A stretch of 64,000 nucleotides of DNA from Octopus sinensis (GCF_006345805.1 NC_042998.1:133610001-133674000); one strand, 5' to 3'. Positions 36,383 through 51,268 are shown, counted from the stretch's first letter. Program-made: numbers and translations. The notes: a model not told the origin generated them from the letters alone.

Positions 36383-38589
36383 ATATTTATGTATGTATGT
36401 AATATATATAGGATAGTGATGCAAACAGGAAAAATAGAGCTACAAATATGAATATGTTTATTAATAATCGACAAAAGTTTCAGAGTGACTCAAGGGTTGG
36501 AAGTTTTGTGCGTTAACACTCATCAAGCAACTTTCTAATCAAAGGATCATAAATTTATATATCGGTGATAATGGTATTTCACTGGATTCTTCTGTCACTT
36601 CTGCCGGTCTGCCGATATATCCATCCTCTTTGCTTGGAAGCTAGCTAACTGCTCCAACCATATATATTGAAATATTTTCATTAACTCTTTCATATTTCGA
36701 AATGTCTTAACTGAGGAAGGTTTACGTAATGGATGCATTTCCTATTATATATTACGCAAAGCTGAAACGTACGTGTTAAATGATTCTTGGATATCACTAT
36801 ATGGTTTAACTTCATTATCACGACTTATCCGACCCGATGCAACAAAGTCTAAACAGTGTCTTTCAATCACTAGAGAATCAGTGAAGTAAATACAACTAAA
36901 GTATTGATATTTATTACACTTTTTATACCCATATTTGATGTAGACTAAAATTACTGTATTTTTCCTACGAAATAAAATGTGCCAATGTTAGAAATTCATG
37001 TTATCAAATGAGATATGAACGAGGGAGATGGCAGTTATAATTGCCCAGGGAGAACCACATTGCTTTATTTTTTATTTCTATCTGACTGACAAAAGACGCA
37101 AACCGCAACCTCCGACACATCAATTTTAAAATGTTCAGGTTTCACACTCAACTTCTATCTCAGCAACCTTTATTTGTATTTATATTTTATTTTTTGCTTT
37201 CCTTTTCGTTTTAGGGAATGTTAATTCCTTCTGGTATTGACAGTTAATTATTGACTAAAATCGATCGGAGAGAGAGTATGGGAGCTTACTAATCATTAAA
37301 TTCTTAAAGAGTGCATACAATCTCGTTTACGCTTGCAATTCTAATGTGCAGAAAGTTGCATCAAAACTTGTGTACGCTAGGAATTTTGCTTTCTTAATTC
37401 ATTATAATTTTATTTTAAATTTATTTTTAGTTTTCGTTCATATTTTAAAAAGAATTGTCCAACTTGATGTTATTGGTATTGTTAATTTTATTAGACACAT
37501 AAAAATCGGTGCTTCGAGCTCCATATTCTTCGTAATAAAAAGAATAAAGAGAAGTTTTTTAAAAAATAATAGTGCATTGCTCTGCATAATTACTCTGGTG
37601 CTTTACTATGAATAAGCGTTACTAAGCTATACCGGCTGTGATTAATGTTATTCGTTTTCAATTTTTTTATGACTCAAATATTGTTGATGGTGAAGAGCAA
37701 GAAGTGGTTACATATTTTCAATCCAGAAGGGAATCAACTTTGACACGAACACTGTTAAGAAAATCTCATAAAAGACAATCACTGATATTGGTAGGCTGTT
37801 AGATGGCAGTATAGTTTCAACAACTGGCAATTTCCCTCAACGAACTGAATATAACAACAGCTTAGGTGGAGGTATTAAATTATTTGAAAGCGTTGCGGTC
37901 TTCAATCAAAAATTAGCTTCTAACGGTCGGAAACTTTACATTTCACAACACTTTATTGCACTAAACTCCATATCTGTGCACTTCAACAACTTCACTATAT
38001 CATATATTAATTAAGTTACGGTAAAAAAAAATAGCAACATTACATTCTATCAAAATTATGGCGTCTTAATATCTAATCTGACTCTATTCTACAGTGCTGT
38101 TAAAATGAACATCAATAGCAACAATTCAGTCATGAAAACATATGAAAGTTTTGGAAGAAAATTCAAACTCTAAAAATAATTTGTTCTTTAACTTTCAAAG
38201 CGACTGAAACTGATTTCTAAAGAAGCCATGCTGTCTATTACGTTCCATGATCATGAGGCAACAGCAATGATAATAAGAAACACAAAGAAAAATCATTACA
38301 ATAATAACCATATTTCTTTCAAACAATAGTTCTAGGGTTAAGCACTGGGGGATAGATATAACCGATTTAATCCACGTCAGTAACTGATTGGTACTCAATA
38401 CATGCCAGATCAGCAGAGTGGGATGTTGCCTGTGTGGTGAATGAGAGATTCTTAAGTATTTATATTTTCGATGGTGTCTAGAGTAGTGTTTCTTCAACCA
38501 TTACTTCCCTTATCTCTCACGGATATATCCCCCTACAACAATACTCTTCATTGTATGTTATTAACAGCTGTATATAAATTTAACATTAG

Positions 38590-40260
38590 CGTCCCTTATT
38601 ATCTACTCTAAGAAAAATACAACTGGGAGAAAAGTGCAAATATAGACATAATTCCAAGGAGGAACTATCATGCAATGATGAGCCAATATTAAACAATATA
38701 GCCCAAATTCCTCAAATTGATCTGAAACCAAAAACTTTAATAACAGTCAATGTTGTAGAGTCAGTGAACCAACATCCGGTTAGGCCTTTATCTTCTGAGA
38801 TTAGTTGGAGAGGGTATACTCTACAAAAATACTGGTCACTTAAACCAAGAGATCAAACGCCTGAAACCGAAAATTATAGAAACAAATCTGAGGAGGGTAT
38901 TGGATGATTTGATTGATATCGTTTTGCTTTGGAGTTTTAAAGATCAATTCAACCGTGGCATTATCTCAGAACATAAATTATTCTATGAATTCGTCTTCAG
39001 TTTTGATCACTGCTTTAATACTGGACCGGAATCGTTGACGTGCCTACACTAAATAGCCATTATTCATTTCGGATATCGCATGGACATTGGCGACCTCCAA
39101 TGAAGCTATGGTATTGTGAGATTAGTCTCCCTTTCAACAACGCTCCAATCGTATAAGTCCTTTGGATTTCAATTTTGCAAGTTTGTAAGTCACTAGTTCG
39201 GTTTTACATGATCTTAAAGATTTCTGAGCTCCATTGGGTTAGGTGGGCTCTGTGAGAAGTTACTAATTTTGTTGAAACATGTATGGTCTTCCTCTGTGTA
39301 TTTCATCCACCCTGGGGCTTAACAACTGTCTCCAGCACCTCAACGTATGCTGCAGTATTACCTCTAAGACCATTATCATACTTGATGGAACTGAGGTAAC
39401 CAGCCTTGCGGGTTAGTTCATTCTTGACAACCTATGAATGCGTAATACCACTCGTAACTTCAGTTTGTATAGAGATGACCGCTTAACAATCTCATGCAAA
39501 TATATATGACCACGACTCATATATAGAGAGAGAATATTCAAGGAGGTTTGATTTAAATATAACTGTTTGTAGCAATTTAACGATAACTTATTGAACATAT
39601 CTTTAGCTTTCAGTACATATAAACTCTATTCCTACAGAAGACCAAACGTGGACACAATATACACACACAAAAATCCAAACAACCCCAGTAATAATTTGAA
39701 ATCTTGCAGCTGAAATAAGTTCCTCAGAAAATGATTCTCTTACTATTATGATAATACAAACTAGAAGTGCTTTTAGCCAAAAGCTAGTATATAAACTGTA
39801 TACCATCGAAGAATCAGCAATACAGTCACTGTTATAGCCTGGAACTTCCTATCTCTTCTCACAAACACACAAATATAACCAATTCTTGGAAACTAATAAG
39901 GTTGATGTTAGCTTTTGTACGAAATTGCTTCCAGCAGAACACACACCATTAGACAAACCTTACTTCGACGACAATTTCATAGCTTCAGAATTCCCCTTAC
40001 CAGCCTACACAAAAGCTTATGACTTTCCAAAGCAGTAGTAGAGCATCGATAACACCCCTGAAGATATTAAAAAGTAATACGATGGACGCACTGTAAATAC
40101 ATTTAAAAGTCATTATAACCAGCATTCAGATGAAGAGTAAGAGACAAATACAGTTCCTTATCCCATTTCGGCTAAACATTCACAAAGCATGCATCGAAAT
40201 ATAATCCAGTAACGTGGATCATCGTTGTAATGGATTCCGAAACTGCTGAATTTCTTTAAA
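38590..40260 (+). pseudogene. Decayed coding-like sequence of unknown origin, interrupted by a Tc1 remnant
   Basis: Frame +1 is open for 105 codons (38590-38904). It resumes after the transposon with 8 stops in 39607-40260, 7 of them TAA/TAG. No family recognised. Confidence 0.3.
38893..39420 (-). mobile_element. Tc1/mariner DD37D (maT)-like transposase 3' remnant
   Basis: NTAAYVEVLETVVKP, GRPYMFQQ, DLYDWSVVERETN, RQRFRSSIKAVIKTEDEFIE*; TIR-like agggtattgga near 38893. Confidence 0.75.
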
Positions 40261-40607
40261 TGAAAAGTTCTAAGTGTTAAAGCAAGAAGCAATATTAATT
40301 AACCAAAGTTCTGGAGTGATCTATTTGCCTTTATCGATTAAATATTTTCGATGCGCCCGATAATCTAGTTTTGAGGCCAACATATTTAACGGGTGTCGAT
40401 GAGTTGTTATCCCTTGACGATGAACACGCGTCTGAACCAGTTGCTGGTTTCCATTGTGCGATAGCAGTTCAAACATGAAATATAATAATTTAGATCGACC
40501 TTCCTCAACAAATGAGAATCGGCTTAACTGATGTATTGTAGTTATACGACTTCATTCAGTCACCAAACATTTCATGATCAATCTTGCAAGTACTACGTGC
40601 TCGAAAC

Positions 40608-40770
40608 AATGTATGTATTTACGTATGTATGTATGTATGTATGTATGTATGTATGTATGTATGTATGTATGTATGTATGTATGTATGTATGCATGCATGC
40701 ATGTATGAATGTATGTATGTATGTATGTATGTATGTATGTATGTATGTATGTATGTATGTATGTATGTAT
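40608..40770 (+). repeat. (TATG)n microsatellite
   Basis: Read directly from the sequence. Confidence 0.97.
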
Positions 40771-41245
40771 ACAAGACTTTTCGAAAGGCTGTTTTATATG
40801 TATCACTACAGGATTCGTTATAAATACGTTTCTCTGAACCCTATTCATCTTGGAGATATTATTAGCTTATTACCCCATTAAAAACTTACAGTTAAATGTA
40901 TCTATTTATATTATGGCAGCTCATAACTACAGATTTATGAATCTGTCTACATCAATTGTTCAGCTGATGTGTTCTTTGTTATTTACAATATTTTGCCAGG
41001 AACGGCTTAATTGAAATAAATTTCATATCCAAGTGTTGTATGATGTCGTATGCTTTTCATGACTCTAATGGAGGTGATAATAAAAATTGAAGGATACTAA
41101 TTTTTACTTTATCAAGCTAGCTATATTTTCGTGTCTCTGTCAACTCTCATTTTGTAATAGGCAATATGTAATACACAATATTTATTTTTAAAATTATTCT
41201 CTCTTTCTTTCTCTCTTTCTTTCTCTCTCTCTCCTTCTCTCTCCT

Positions 41246-41280
<35 letters not shown>

Positions 41281-41379
41281 GTTCTCTGTGGTACTCTTAA
41301 GACCTGTGTGTATACATATATGCATGAAGATTAATAGAGAGAAAGAGACACACAGACACACACAGAGACAGACAGCAAG

Positions 41380-41521
41380 GTAGATAGATAGATAGATAGG
41401 TGGATAGATAGACAGATAGATAGATAGATAGATATATACATACATACATACATACATATATACATACATACATAGACAGACAGACAGACACAGACAGACA
41501 GATAGATAGATAGATAGATAG

Positions 41522-41590
<69 letters not shown>
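41380..41590 (+). repeat. (TAGA)n/(TACA)n/(CAGA)n compound microsatellite
   Basis: Read directly from the sequence. Confidence 0.96.
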
Positions 41591-41592
<2 letters not shown>

Positions 41593-42077
41593 AGAAAAGA
41601 GAGAGGGGAGAGAGAGTGAGAGAGAGAGATAGAATAGATTGCTGATGGATCAACCAACTGTACAGAAGTGCTTAACATTAACCACCCCATCCGGCTCATC
41701 CGGCTTCCTAAGAGTGATATGAAATTCAGACTAACGAGAATGTAAAGTTGTCCCAAGAAATATATGCAATAAATCCTCTCTTTTAAGGTAGTGAGTTGTT
41801 TTTTCATTATTCAACAAGTTACTTTGTAAAAGTAAATACTTCCCAATACAACTCTATGTGTGTGTGTGCACGCACATGTATGTATATTTTGTTATCTTGC
41901 CCAGATTTCCTCTCTCAAAGTATATATATATATATAGGTGTATACATATATTTACAAATATTTACATATGTGTCTTTGTGTGTGTGTGTATGTGTGTGTG
42001 TGTGTGTGTCTGTGTCTATAAGTATGTATGTATTTGTGTATGTATGCATATAAATGCATACATACATACATACATAC

Positions 42078-42151
<74 letters not shown>

Positions 42152-42214
42152 TTTATTTTTTTTATTTTATCTAGTTTCAGCTCACGAGCTGTGGCCATAT
42201 ATATATACATAAAT

Positions 42215-43321
<1,107 letters not shown>

Positions 43322-43461
43322 CCTGTGTATGTATATGTGTATATATATGTATATGTGTATATAATTTATACGCACATATACACACGCACACGCAATAGGT
43401 GTGTGAATTAATGTGTGTGAGTGTGTGTTGTGTGTGTGTGCGTGTGTGTGTGTTTGTGAGC

Positions 43462-43509
<48 letters not shown>

Positions 43510-43670
43510 TGTGTGTGTGTGTGCGTGTGTGTGTATGTGTGTGTAAACTATTGTTGTCGTACCTCTACAACAGAACTGTACATTCTGACAAAATTACGAT
43601 TTTAAAGAGACAAACGAAAGATTAAGTAGTGAAGGGGGAATTACGAACACTGTGTGTTTAAGTTTGCAAG

Positions 43671-43712
<42 letters not shown>

Positions 43713-43948
43713 GGGAGTATTTCTGTTTACGTAGAGTACGTAAGAGAGAAGTCTGAACAAGTGTATGGTGGGCGTATGAAAGAAAGACGGCTGAAACGAA
43801 GAGGAGTAAGAAAGAGAGAGAAGCGGAGAGAAAAAAAACAAATAAAGACAATTTGCGCGCACACGTCCGTCTTTGTGGGGTGTTTATGCCCTTCCGTTTG
43901 TGTGTGTGTTTGATTGTGTGTGTGTTTGTTTGTGTGTGTGCGTTTGAA

Positions 43949-43980
<32 letters not shown>

Positions 43981-44865
43981 TCTGTGTGTGTGCTTGTGTG
44001 TGTGCTTGTGTGTGTGTTGCTATGTTTCCAAGGATTGATGAGAGTCTGACAGTGATGGAGTGGGAGAGATTGTATGTGAAGAATGCAAGATAGAGCAAGG
44101 GAAAAAAGTTTCAGATTGAGAGCAAGGAAAATATCGAAATAAAGAACGGAGATTATGTCTGTTGACTACGAAGCAGGAGAGAGAAAGAGAGATGAAAAGA
44201 AAGGAAGACAGATAAATAGATAGAGCGACAGTGAGGGAGAAAAAAAAGGTGAATAGAATAAAGAAACTATAAACTGAGAGAAAAGATTTCACATGAGAAA
44301 GAATAAAAATGATGGTGTATTAAATGAACAAACGGAGATACAAGAAAGAAGGGTGGAAGAGAAATGTAGTGAGATAGAGATAGATAAAAACAATTAAGTA
44401 GTGCTACAGAAAGAGATTGAGTGAGACAGAGAGAGAGAGGGGGAGAGTGGGGAGCGAGAAAGCAACAACGAAACTTGGATGAAAATAGCTACAAAATGCG
44501 AGGGAAAAAGTAAGTTAACGGAGCTTTTTTTCCCCTTTAATAAAGAGAAAAAATAGACCTACTGTTCGTGATACGGTCGATCATGCCTGTGTATGTATAA
44601 CTTCCACGAAAGATTATCAGACACTAATCGGTCAAACACTTCGTACAGATGCGATGATCTGAGTCAGGTGTTCTTTTTTAGTGAAAAAGATGTAAGGTTC
44701 CGATGAGGTTTAATGGCTCTAACCTGTTTATGGTGGAAGTGGTGTGGGTTTCGTTGTAGTTTTACCACCAAATCAGCCGTGATTGAGCAGTTTTAGGATC
44801 AAAACTGTCCCTATCGGGATGTGAACATCTTGTCTTTTTGTATACCAAAATCTACGTAATCTAAT

Positions 44866-45256
44866 CTTTTAATTGCTTCAGTCATTGGACTGTGGCCATG
44901 CTGGGGTACCGCTTTGGAGAAATTTTTAGTCGAATAAATCGACGCCAACGCTTGTTTTTTAAAGCATGGTACTTATTCTATCGGTCCCTTTTGCCGAACA
45001 GCTAAGTTTTGGGGACGCAAACACACCAACATCGGTTATGAAGTAGTGTTGGGGACAAGCATGGACAAAATCACATACACACATACGCACACGCATATAC
45101 GACGGGCGTCTTTCAATTTCCGTCTACCAAATCCACTTACAAGGTTTGGGTCAACTTGAAGCTATAACAAAAGACACTTGCCCAAGATGTTATGAAGTGG
45201 GACTGAACCTGAAACTATGTGGTCAGGAAGCAGGGTTCTTACCACACAGCCACACC
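44866..45256 (-). mobile_element. SINE family A, full length, moderately diverged
   Basis: Head, body and tail all recognisable on the minus strand. Confidence 0.85.
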
Positions 45257-45524
45257 TTAATGTACCATATTTTTAAGACATAGGAGGGTATTTGAGGGAT
45301 ATTTGTACCTGGATGAGTGATCATATGAAATTGCTGTATTCGTTTAAGAAATTGTATATCGTGATTGCAAGTGAAGAACGTCTGTATCCTAAGGTATAAA
45401 TGTTAGTTTTTTAATAAAACTTTTAGAGAATGAGAACCAATGTCCATGTACATTTGTAAGTATCACCCTCAGACTAGTGAGACTGGAGTGATTGAGGTTG
45501 ATATTCAGTTTGGTGTTTTATAAG

Positions 45525-45617
45525 CTAATGCTTAACATAACCGACGAGGGAATCCCAAAGAGTTTAATTTCTAGGGATGATGGATCAGACGAAGTTCTTA
45601 GAGTGGAATCTAAAAAG
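45525..45617 (+). CDS. Candidate internal exon (93 nt, LMLNITDEGIPKSLISRDDGSDEVLRVESKK)
   Basis: tgttttataag acceptor (alternative aatttctag at 45574), open frame, strong donor AAG|GTAAGT. No homology recognised. Confidence 0.25.
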
Positions 45618-47540
45618 GTAAGTAAACTGAATGTAAATGCGAGGCAAGAATGATGAGTGTGCTATTAGTAGGAAATTTAGTGTACATTCTTGTGAACATG
45701 CATGTGCAGGCACATGCGCGTGTGTGTTCGTGAGTGAATATTCGTAGTCGACAGAGCAAAGATATGGCCTGAAAGTTTCTTTTTTTAAAAGAGGAAGGGA
45801 ACAGTGCTGAGGCAGAGTGATTGAACTGACACGCTTATAAGAAGGGATATAATATTAGATATTAGTTTCGCGGATCTTATCCAGTGACCAACGGTTACAT
45901 TCAGAGAAATACACATTTTTCATTTAAAGAGTAATTCTGTGTTTGTTAAAAAAATTTTCAATGGACAATGGAAAACTTCGAACGTGAAACAGTGTAACGG
46001 TAAAAGAAATTCCTGACCGGAGGTATTTTACTTTCACATAACATGAAACCAACTGACTATAACTACAAAAGATTACCTATGTCTTCTATGAAATTAGTTT
46101 TAGACTATTGAAAAAGGAAGGAAGTAAAGTCACAGAAACCAGAGAGTGGAAGGCTTGATTACATACAATACTTAAATGAGTTCATTCTCTACACTTCCTT
46201 GAAGAAATGGCAGAATCATTAGATCGTCCGATAAAATTGCTTGGGGTACTTTTCAAGCCCTTTACGCCCTCGGTTCAAATCCTATCGTGATCAACTTCCC
46301 CTTCCAAAATCAATAAAATGAAGTATTAGTCTAAGTCAATGAATTGGCAAAAGTTTTAGAGAGTTGGACAAAATACTTTGAGATATTTTTTCAGGACTTC
46401 TTTCATGCTCTGAACGTCAGATAGGTGGAACGAACTTATCTGTGTCTCTTGTTGACAAGATGATGTCTTGTAAAAAGATAAAAGTAAGGTAACGAGAAAT
46501 TACCATCGAGTTCTCTCAAAGAAATTCCGTGGCAAGAAATTAGTGCTTCTAAAGGAGGTTACCATAAGCTATTTACAATCTGAGGGCATAGAAATATAAG
46601 CGTTCTCATTTCGAATTCACCATTCCTCTTCGATTTATGAAATTCATCTTTCCATGGCAGATAAAAAAAAACTTGATACACACCATGGTAATTTCAAACT
46701 ACGGTGCCTTTTTGCAAATTTGTGGCCTTGAGACATTGGAAAATATAATTTTTTTTAAACTAGAAAATGTGCAAATTGGCAAACATATAAGAGAGATAGT
46801 GACGAAGTGTCATATTACATTCAATTACATACTTCTGCGTTTAAGGTTCCGCGAACGTTAACTGTACATTATACTCAATGGAAGCCGGTGCCTATAGTAC
46901 ACAAAGATCTATTCAATCCACTGTATCTGTGCAGCACAAAAGCTCAATATTACTTTTTAAGAGAGCAGTGAGAAAACAAAGGAAATAAAGAATACTAGAA
47001 AATATTGTTGTAAAATACAAGGACGATTTCATCACCTGAAGTTTAAATTTAGGCTTGAATTCACCTCTAAATAACAAATATAGTTGTTTTCTTTTCTTTT
47101 CCTTTGATGTTAACTTACGTTATTTTCATATACAAGTGGTTTGCTTCTTTAAATCTTTTCATTTTTCTAGTTTTTTTTTTCAGAATACCAGGTGCCTAAT
47201 TCGTGATTCACAATAAAAGAAGTCCTCATTATTGGAGTAACGCATGAGCGTCAAATTTGGAGCTATACTTGTCGCCTCTAAAAAAGTTTCCTTTGTCCTC
47301 ATTTCAGGAGATATGACAATAATATTGGGCTTTTAGTATTTAATTTTTCTTTTCATTTCCATCTACTATTGAAATATATTTCACTTTCCGCATTGATTCT
47401 TTTGTGCACATACATAGAAAGATTCACACACACAGAAATACACACACACACACGCACACACGTACAAAGGCGCGCGCACGCACACACACAAATGTATTCA
47501 CATTTTCTCTTTGTGTTTGTGAATTATATAATATATGTAT

Positions 47541-47915
47541 ATAGGCACAGGAGTGGTTGTGTGGTAAGAAGCTTGCTTACCAACCAAATGGTTCCAGGCT
47601 CAGTCCTACTGCGTGGCACCTTTGGCAAGTGTCTTCTACTATAGCCTTGGGCTGACCAAAGCCTTGTGAGTGGATTTAGTAGACGGAAACTGAAAGAGGC
47701 CTATATGATAATAATATAAATAATATATAAATACATGCATGTATGGGTACAGAACATAAATAAAACGTTGAACACAATGAGAAACGAAAACATAAAGCAA
47801 AAACATAGAAACGAACTTTTTTTCGAACACGAAAGAAACAGAGAAACGAGACATACAACATAAAGAATATTCCTCTTCTTCAGTTGTCCCTGTTTCAACT
47901 AATCCTAGTTTCGAA

Positions 47916-48014
<99 letters not shown>

Positions 48015-48191
48015 TGTGTGTGCGTGTGTGTGTGCGCGCGCGTGTGTGTGTGTATGTATGTATGTATATATACACATATATACATATATGTATATATGTA
48101 CATATATATATACATGTATATATATATATACATATACACATATATATATATATTTACATATATACATATGTGTATATATATAATTATATAT

Positions 48192-48226
<35 letters not shown>

Positions 48227-48469
48227 ATATATATATATATATATGTGTGTGTGTATGTTTGCGTGTCTATGTTTGCCCCACCCCAGCACCGCTTGACAAC
48301 CGATGGTGGTGTGTTTACGTCCCCGTAACTTAGTGGTTAGGCAAAAGAGACCGATATAATAAGTACTAGGCTTACAAAGAATAAGCCCTGGGGTCGATTT
48401 GGTCGACTAAAGGCGGTGCTCCAGCATGGCCGCAGTCTAATGACTGAAACAATTAAAACAATAAAAAGA

Positions 48470-48470
<1 letters not shown>
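47541..48470 (+). mobile_element. SINE family A split by a Penelope-like fragment and microsatellites
   Basis: 5' half 47541-47705, 3' half 48255-48470; insert 47720-47915 plus (TG)/(TA) tracts lies in the SINE internal repeat. Confidence 0.85.
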
Positions 48471-48503
<33 letters not shown>

Positions 48504-48625
48504 TATATAATATATATATATATATCAGTAACAATAAAGGGTGAAATTAATTAATTTGGAATAATTATTAATTACACCAAGTAGATTTCGGCATGTAAAA
48601 GCCTCATTCGAGGAAAATTTAAGTA

Positions 48626-48858
48626 ATACTAAGCAATTAAGGGTTTAGCAACGAATTGCCTCACCACACACCGAATTTAGAAATAGCAGTCAAAGAGTTA
48701 TCGCTATTCTTTCTACTAAAAGGGAGATCTCAGTAAAAACACGCTGTGTTTTTACTGAGATCTCCCTTTTAGTAGAAAGAATAGCGATAACTCTTTGACT
48801 GCTATTTCTAAATTCGGTGTGTGGTGAGGCAATTCGTTGCTAAACCCTTAATTGCTTA

Positions 48859-48862
<4 letters not shown>
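48626..48862. repeat. Perfect palindrome: 117-bp arms, 3-nt loop (GCT)
   Basis: Arms 48626-48742 and 48746-48862 checked base by base as exact reverse complements. Confidence 0.97.
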
Positions 48863-48890
<28 letters not shown>

Positions 48891-49473
48891 CGGCACACTT
48901 TTTTCTGTAAGGTGTGGTGAGATATGATATGGGGTGGTGTGAGATGGCATGGTTTATGCTTATGTGTCCTTTTATTTACATCATGGAAATAAGTGACAAA
49001 TGCTTTAATATAGATTTTCTAACATAAGTACTTACGTCTTTATGTGTATGCATATATATGTATATAAAACGAGAGTCAACGACAGAGCCAGCTTTTGAAT
49101 GGTTCTGACAATGTAATCTAGTGTATGAGTTCGTATCACTCAGACATCCTGAAGATTACATGCATGAGAAATGAGTTTGCTTATGCATTAAACGGGCTTC
49201 AATGATAAATATATTAAATCAATAACATCAATATGAATATATTGATATTTATATGTGCTTATTGTTGTGTGAGAAAAGACAAGATATTATCTATAAGCAT
49301 TGGGAGTTGATGTGCAATTTTTTATGTGAAGCACTTAGTGTGTGAGCCGATAGCTGATCTCGGCTTACGTAAAGAGATCCGATAAATGGAATGTTTTCAG
49401 TGATTTTCTGATATTCTCACTCTCATATATGTGTGTATATATGCATGTATGTAGGTATTCATATATGTATGTA

Positions 49474-49572
<99 letters not shown>

Positions 49573-49607
49573 TGTGTGTGTATGTGTGTGTGTGTATAAA
49601 TATACCC

Positions 49608-49648
<41 letters not shown>

Positions 49649-50015
49649 CATACATACACACATTCATACATACATATATACATACATACACACATTCATA
49701 CATACATACACATACACATACATACATACATACATAGCATTGAAGAGCATGATACTGTGTAAAATCAGAAGGCAGTAAAATCTGAAGCAGAAACGAAAAT
49801 TAAGAAAGAAATAAAAGCGTGGCTCTGTGCTTCAAAAGCGTGCTTCCAAACCACTTGGCCTGGGGTTCAGTTCCACTGCATGGCACCTTGAGCAAGTGAA
49901 CCACTGCTATAGCCCAGGGCCGACCAAAGCCTTGTCGGCGGATGTGATGAACGGAATCTAAAAAAAGGCCGTTGTATATAACGTCGCATACATACATACA
50001 TATGTGTGTGTGTGT

Positions 50016-50078
<63 letters not shown>

Positions 50079-50084
50079 TAAATC

Positions 50085-50265
50085 CCAAAAAGGAACAACA
50101 AACACAAAAGAAATACAGCAATGCGAGGACGTGGTACTTGTAAAGCATTAGCAGACGCTCAGGAAAGGAATGAAAGATGGTTTAACGTTTTGAGCAACGC
50201 TCTTCTTCCGAAACAGAGGAAAGTCCTATAGAAAGGAAGACGGAGGGAGAAAATCGGCAACGATT
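50085..50265 (-). mobile_element. Penelope-like repeat with degenerate hammerhead-like motif (50180-50214)
   Basis: Minus strand GTTT-CGGAAGA-A-GAGC(GTT)GCTC-AAA-ACGT-T-AAAC; same family as 34745. Confidence 0.5.
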
Positions 50266-50483
50266 CCGTCCATCAAATCCGCCCACAAGGCTTTGGTCGG
50301 CCCAGGGCTATAGCAGTGCTTCACATGTGGTACATATCGTTAAAGGTGTGAAATTGTAAGGATCTTTTGGACGATAACTGACGAAGAATTAACAACGTCC
50401 CGTCTTGTGTGTAAATTTTCCGTTTTTTCCTTTGTTGCGCTTCCGTTCAAATTTTAGAACTTATAATTTACACACATACATAT

Positions 50484-50910
50484 AGGCGCAGGAGTGGCTG
50501 TTTGGTAAGTAGCTTGCTAACCAACCACATGGTTCCGGGTTCAGTCCCACTGCGTGGCATCTTGGGCACGTGTCTTCTGCTATAGCCCCGGGCCGACCAA
50601 TGCCTTGTGAGTGGATTTGGTAGACGGAAACAGAAAGAAGCCTGTCGTATATATGTATATATATATATGAGTGTGTGTGAATATGTTTGTGTGTGTGTGT
50701 TTGTTCCCCTAGCATTGCTTGACAACCGATGCTGGTGTGTTTACGTCCCCGTAACTTAGCGGTTCGGCAAAAGAGACCGATAGAATAAGTACTGGGCTTA
50801 CAAAGAATAAGTCCCGGGGTCGATTTGCTCGACTAAAGGCGGTGCTCCAGCATGGCCGCAGTCAAATGACTGAAACAAGTGAAAAGAGTAAAAAGAGAAA
50901 AAGAAAAAAG
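50484..50910 (+). mobile_element. SINE family A, full length, near consensus
   Basis: aggcgcaggagtggctgtttggtaagtagc; B box ggttcagtccc; tail ggcggtgctccagcatggccgcagtcaaatgactgaaac. Confidence 0.95.
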
Positions 50911-51230
50911 AGTATACATGCATATGCATGCATACATACACATATACACGCATACACACACATGTATAATATGCATAATATAAATTCATGTGTGCGTGTC
51001 TTTGTGTTTGTTTCACTACCACAAATTAATGGCCAGTGTTCGGTTGTTTACATCCCAATAACTTAGTTATTCGAGAAAAGGGTTTCACAGGTAAGTACCA
51101 GGATTTAAAAAAATACGTACTGGTGTTGATTTGTTCGCTTAAAACTTTTCAAGGCGGTGCCCCAGTATGGCTGCAGTCCTATGGCTGAAACAAGTAAAAG
51201 AACAGATTAAAGATAGATAAATCAAAACGT

Positions 51231-51234
<4 letters not shown>

Positions 51235-51268
<34 letters not shown>

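Noticed and set aside
36600-36700. DISKYERVNENISIY resembling a Polinton polymerase N-terminal motif
   Set aside because: A single short motif with no polymerase, integrase or capsid motifs nearby; kept only as part of the unexplained island.
47184-47340. Strong plus-strand acceptors at 47184 and 47308
   Set aside because: Frames close almost immediately or run into low-complexity sequence, and no convincing donor exists; such sites are common in T-rich introns.
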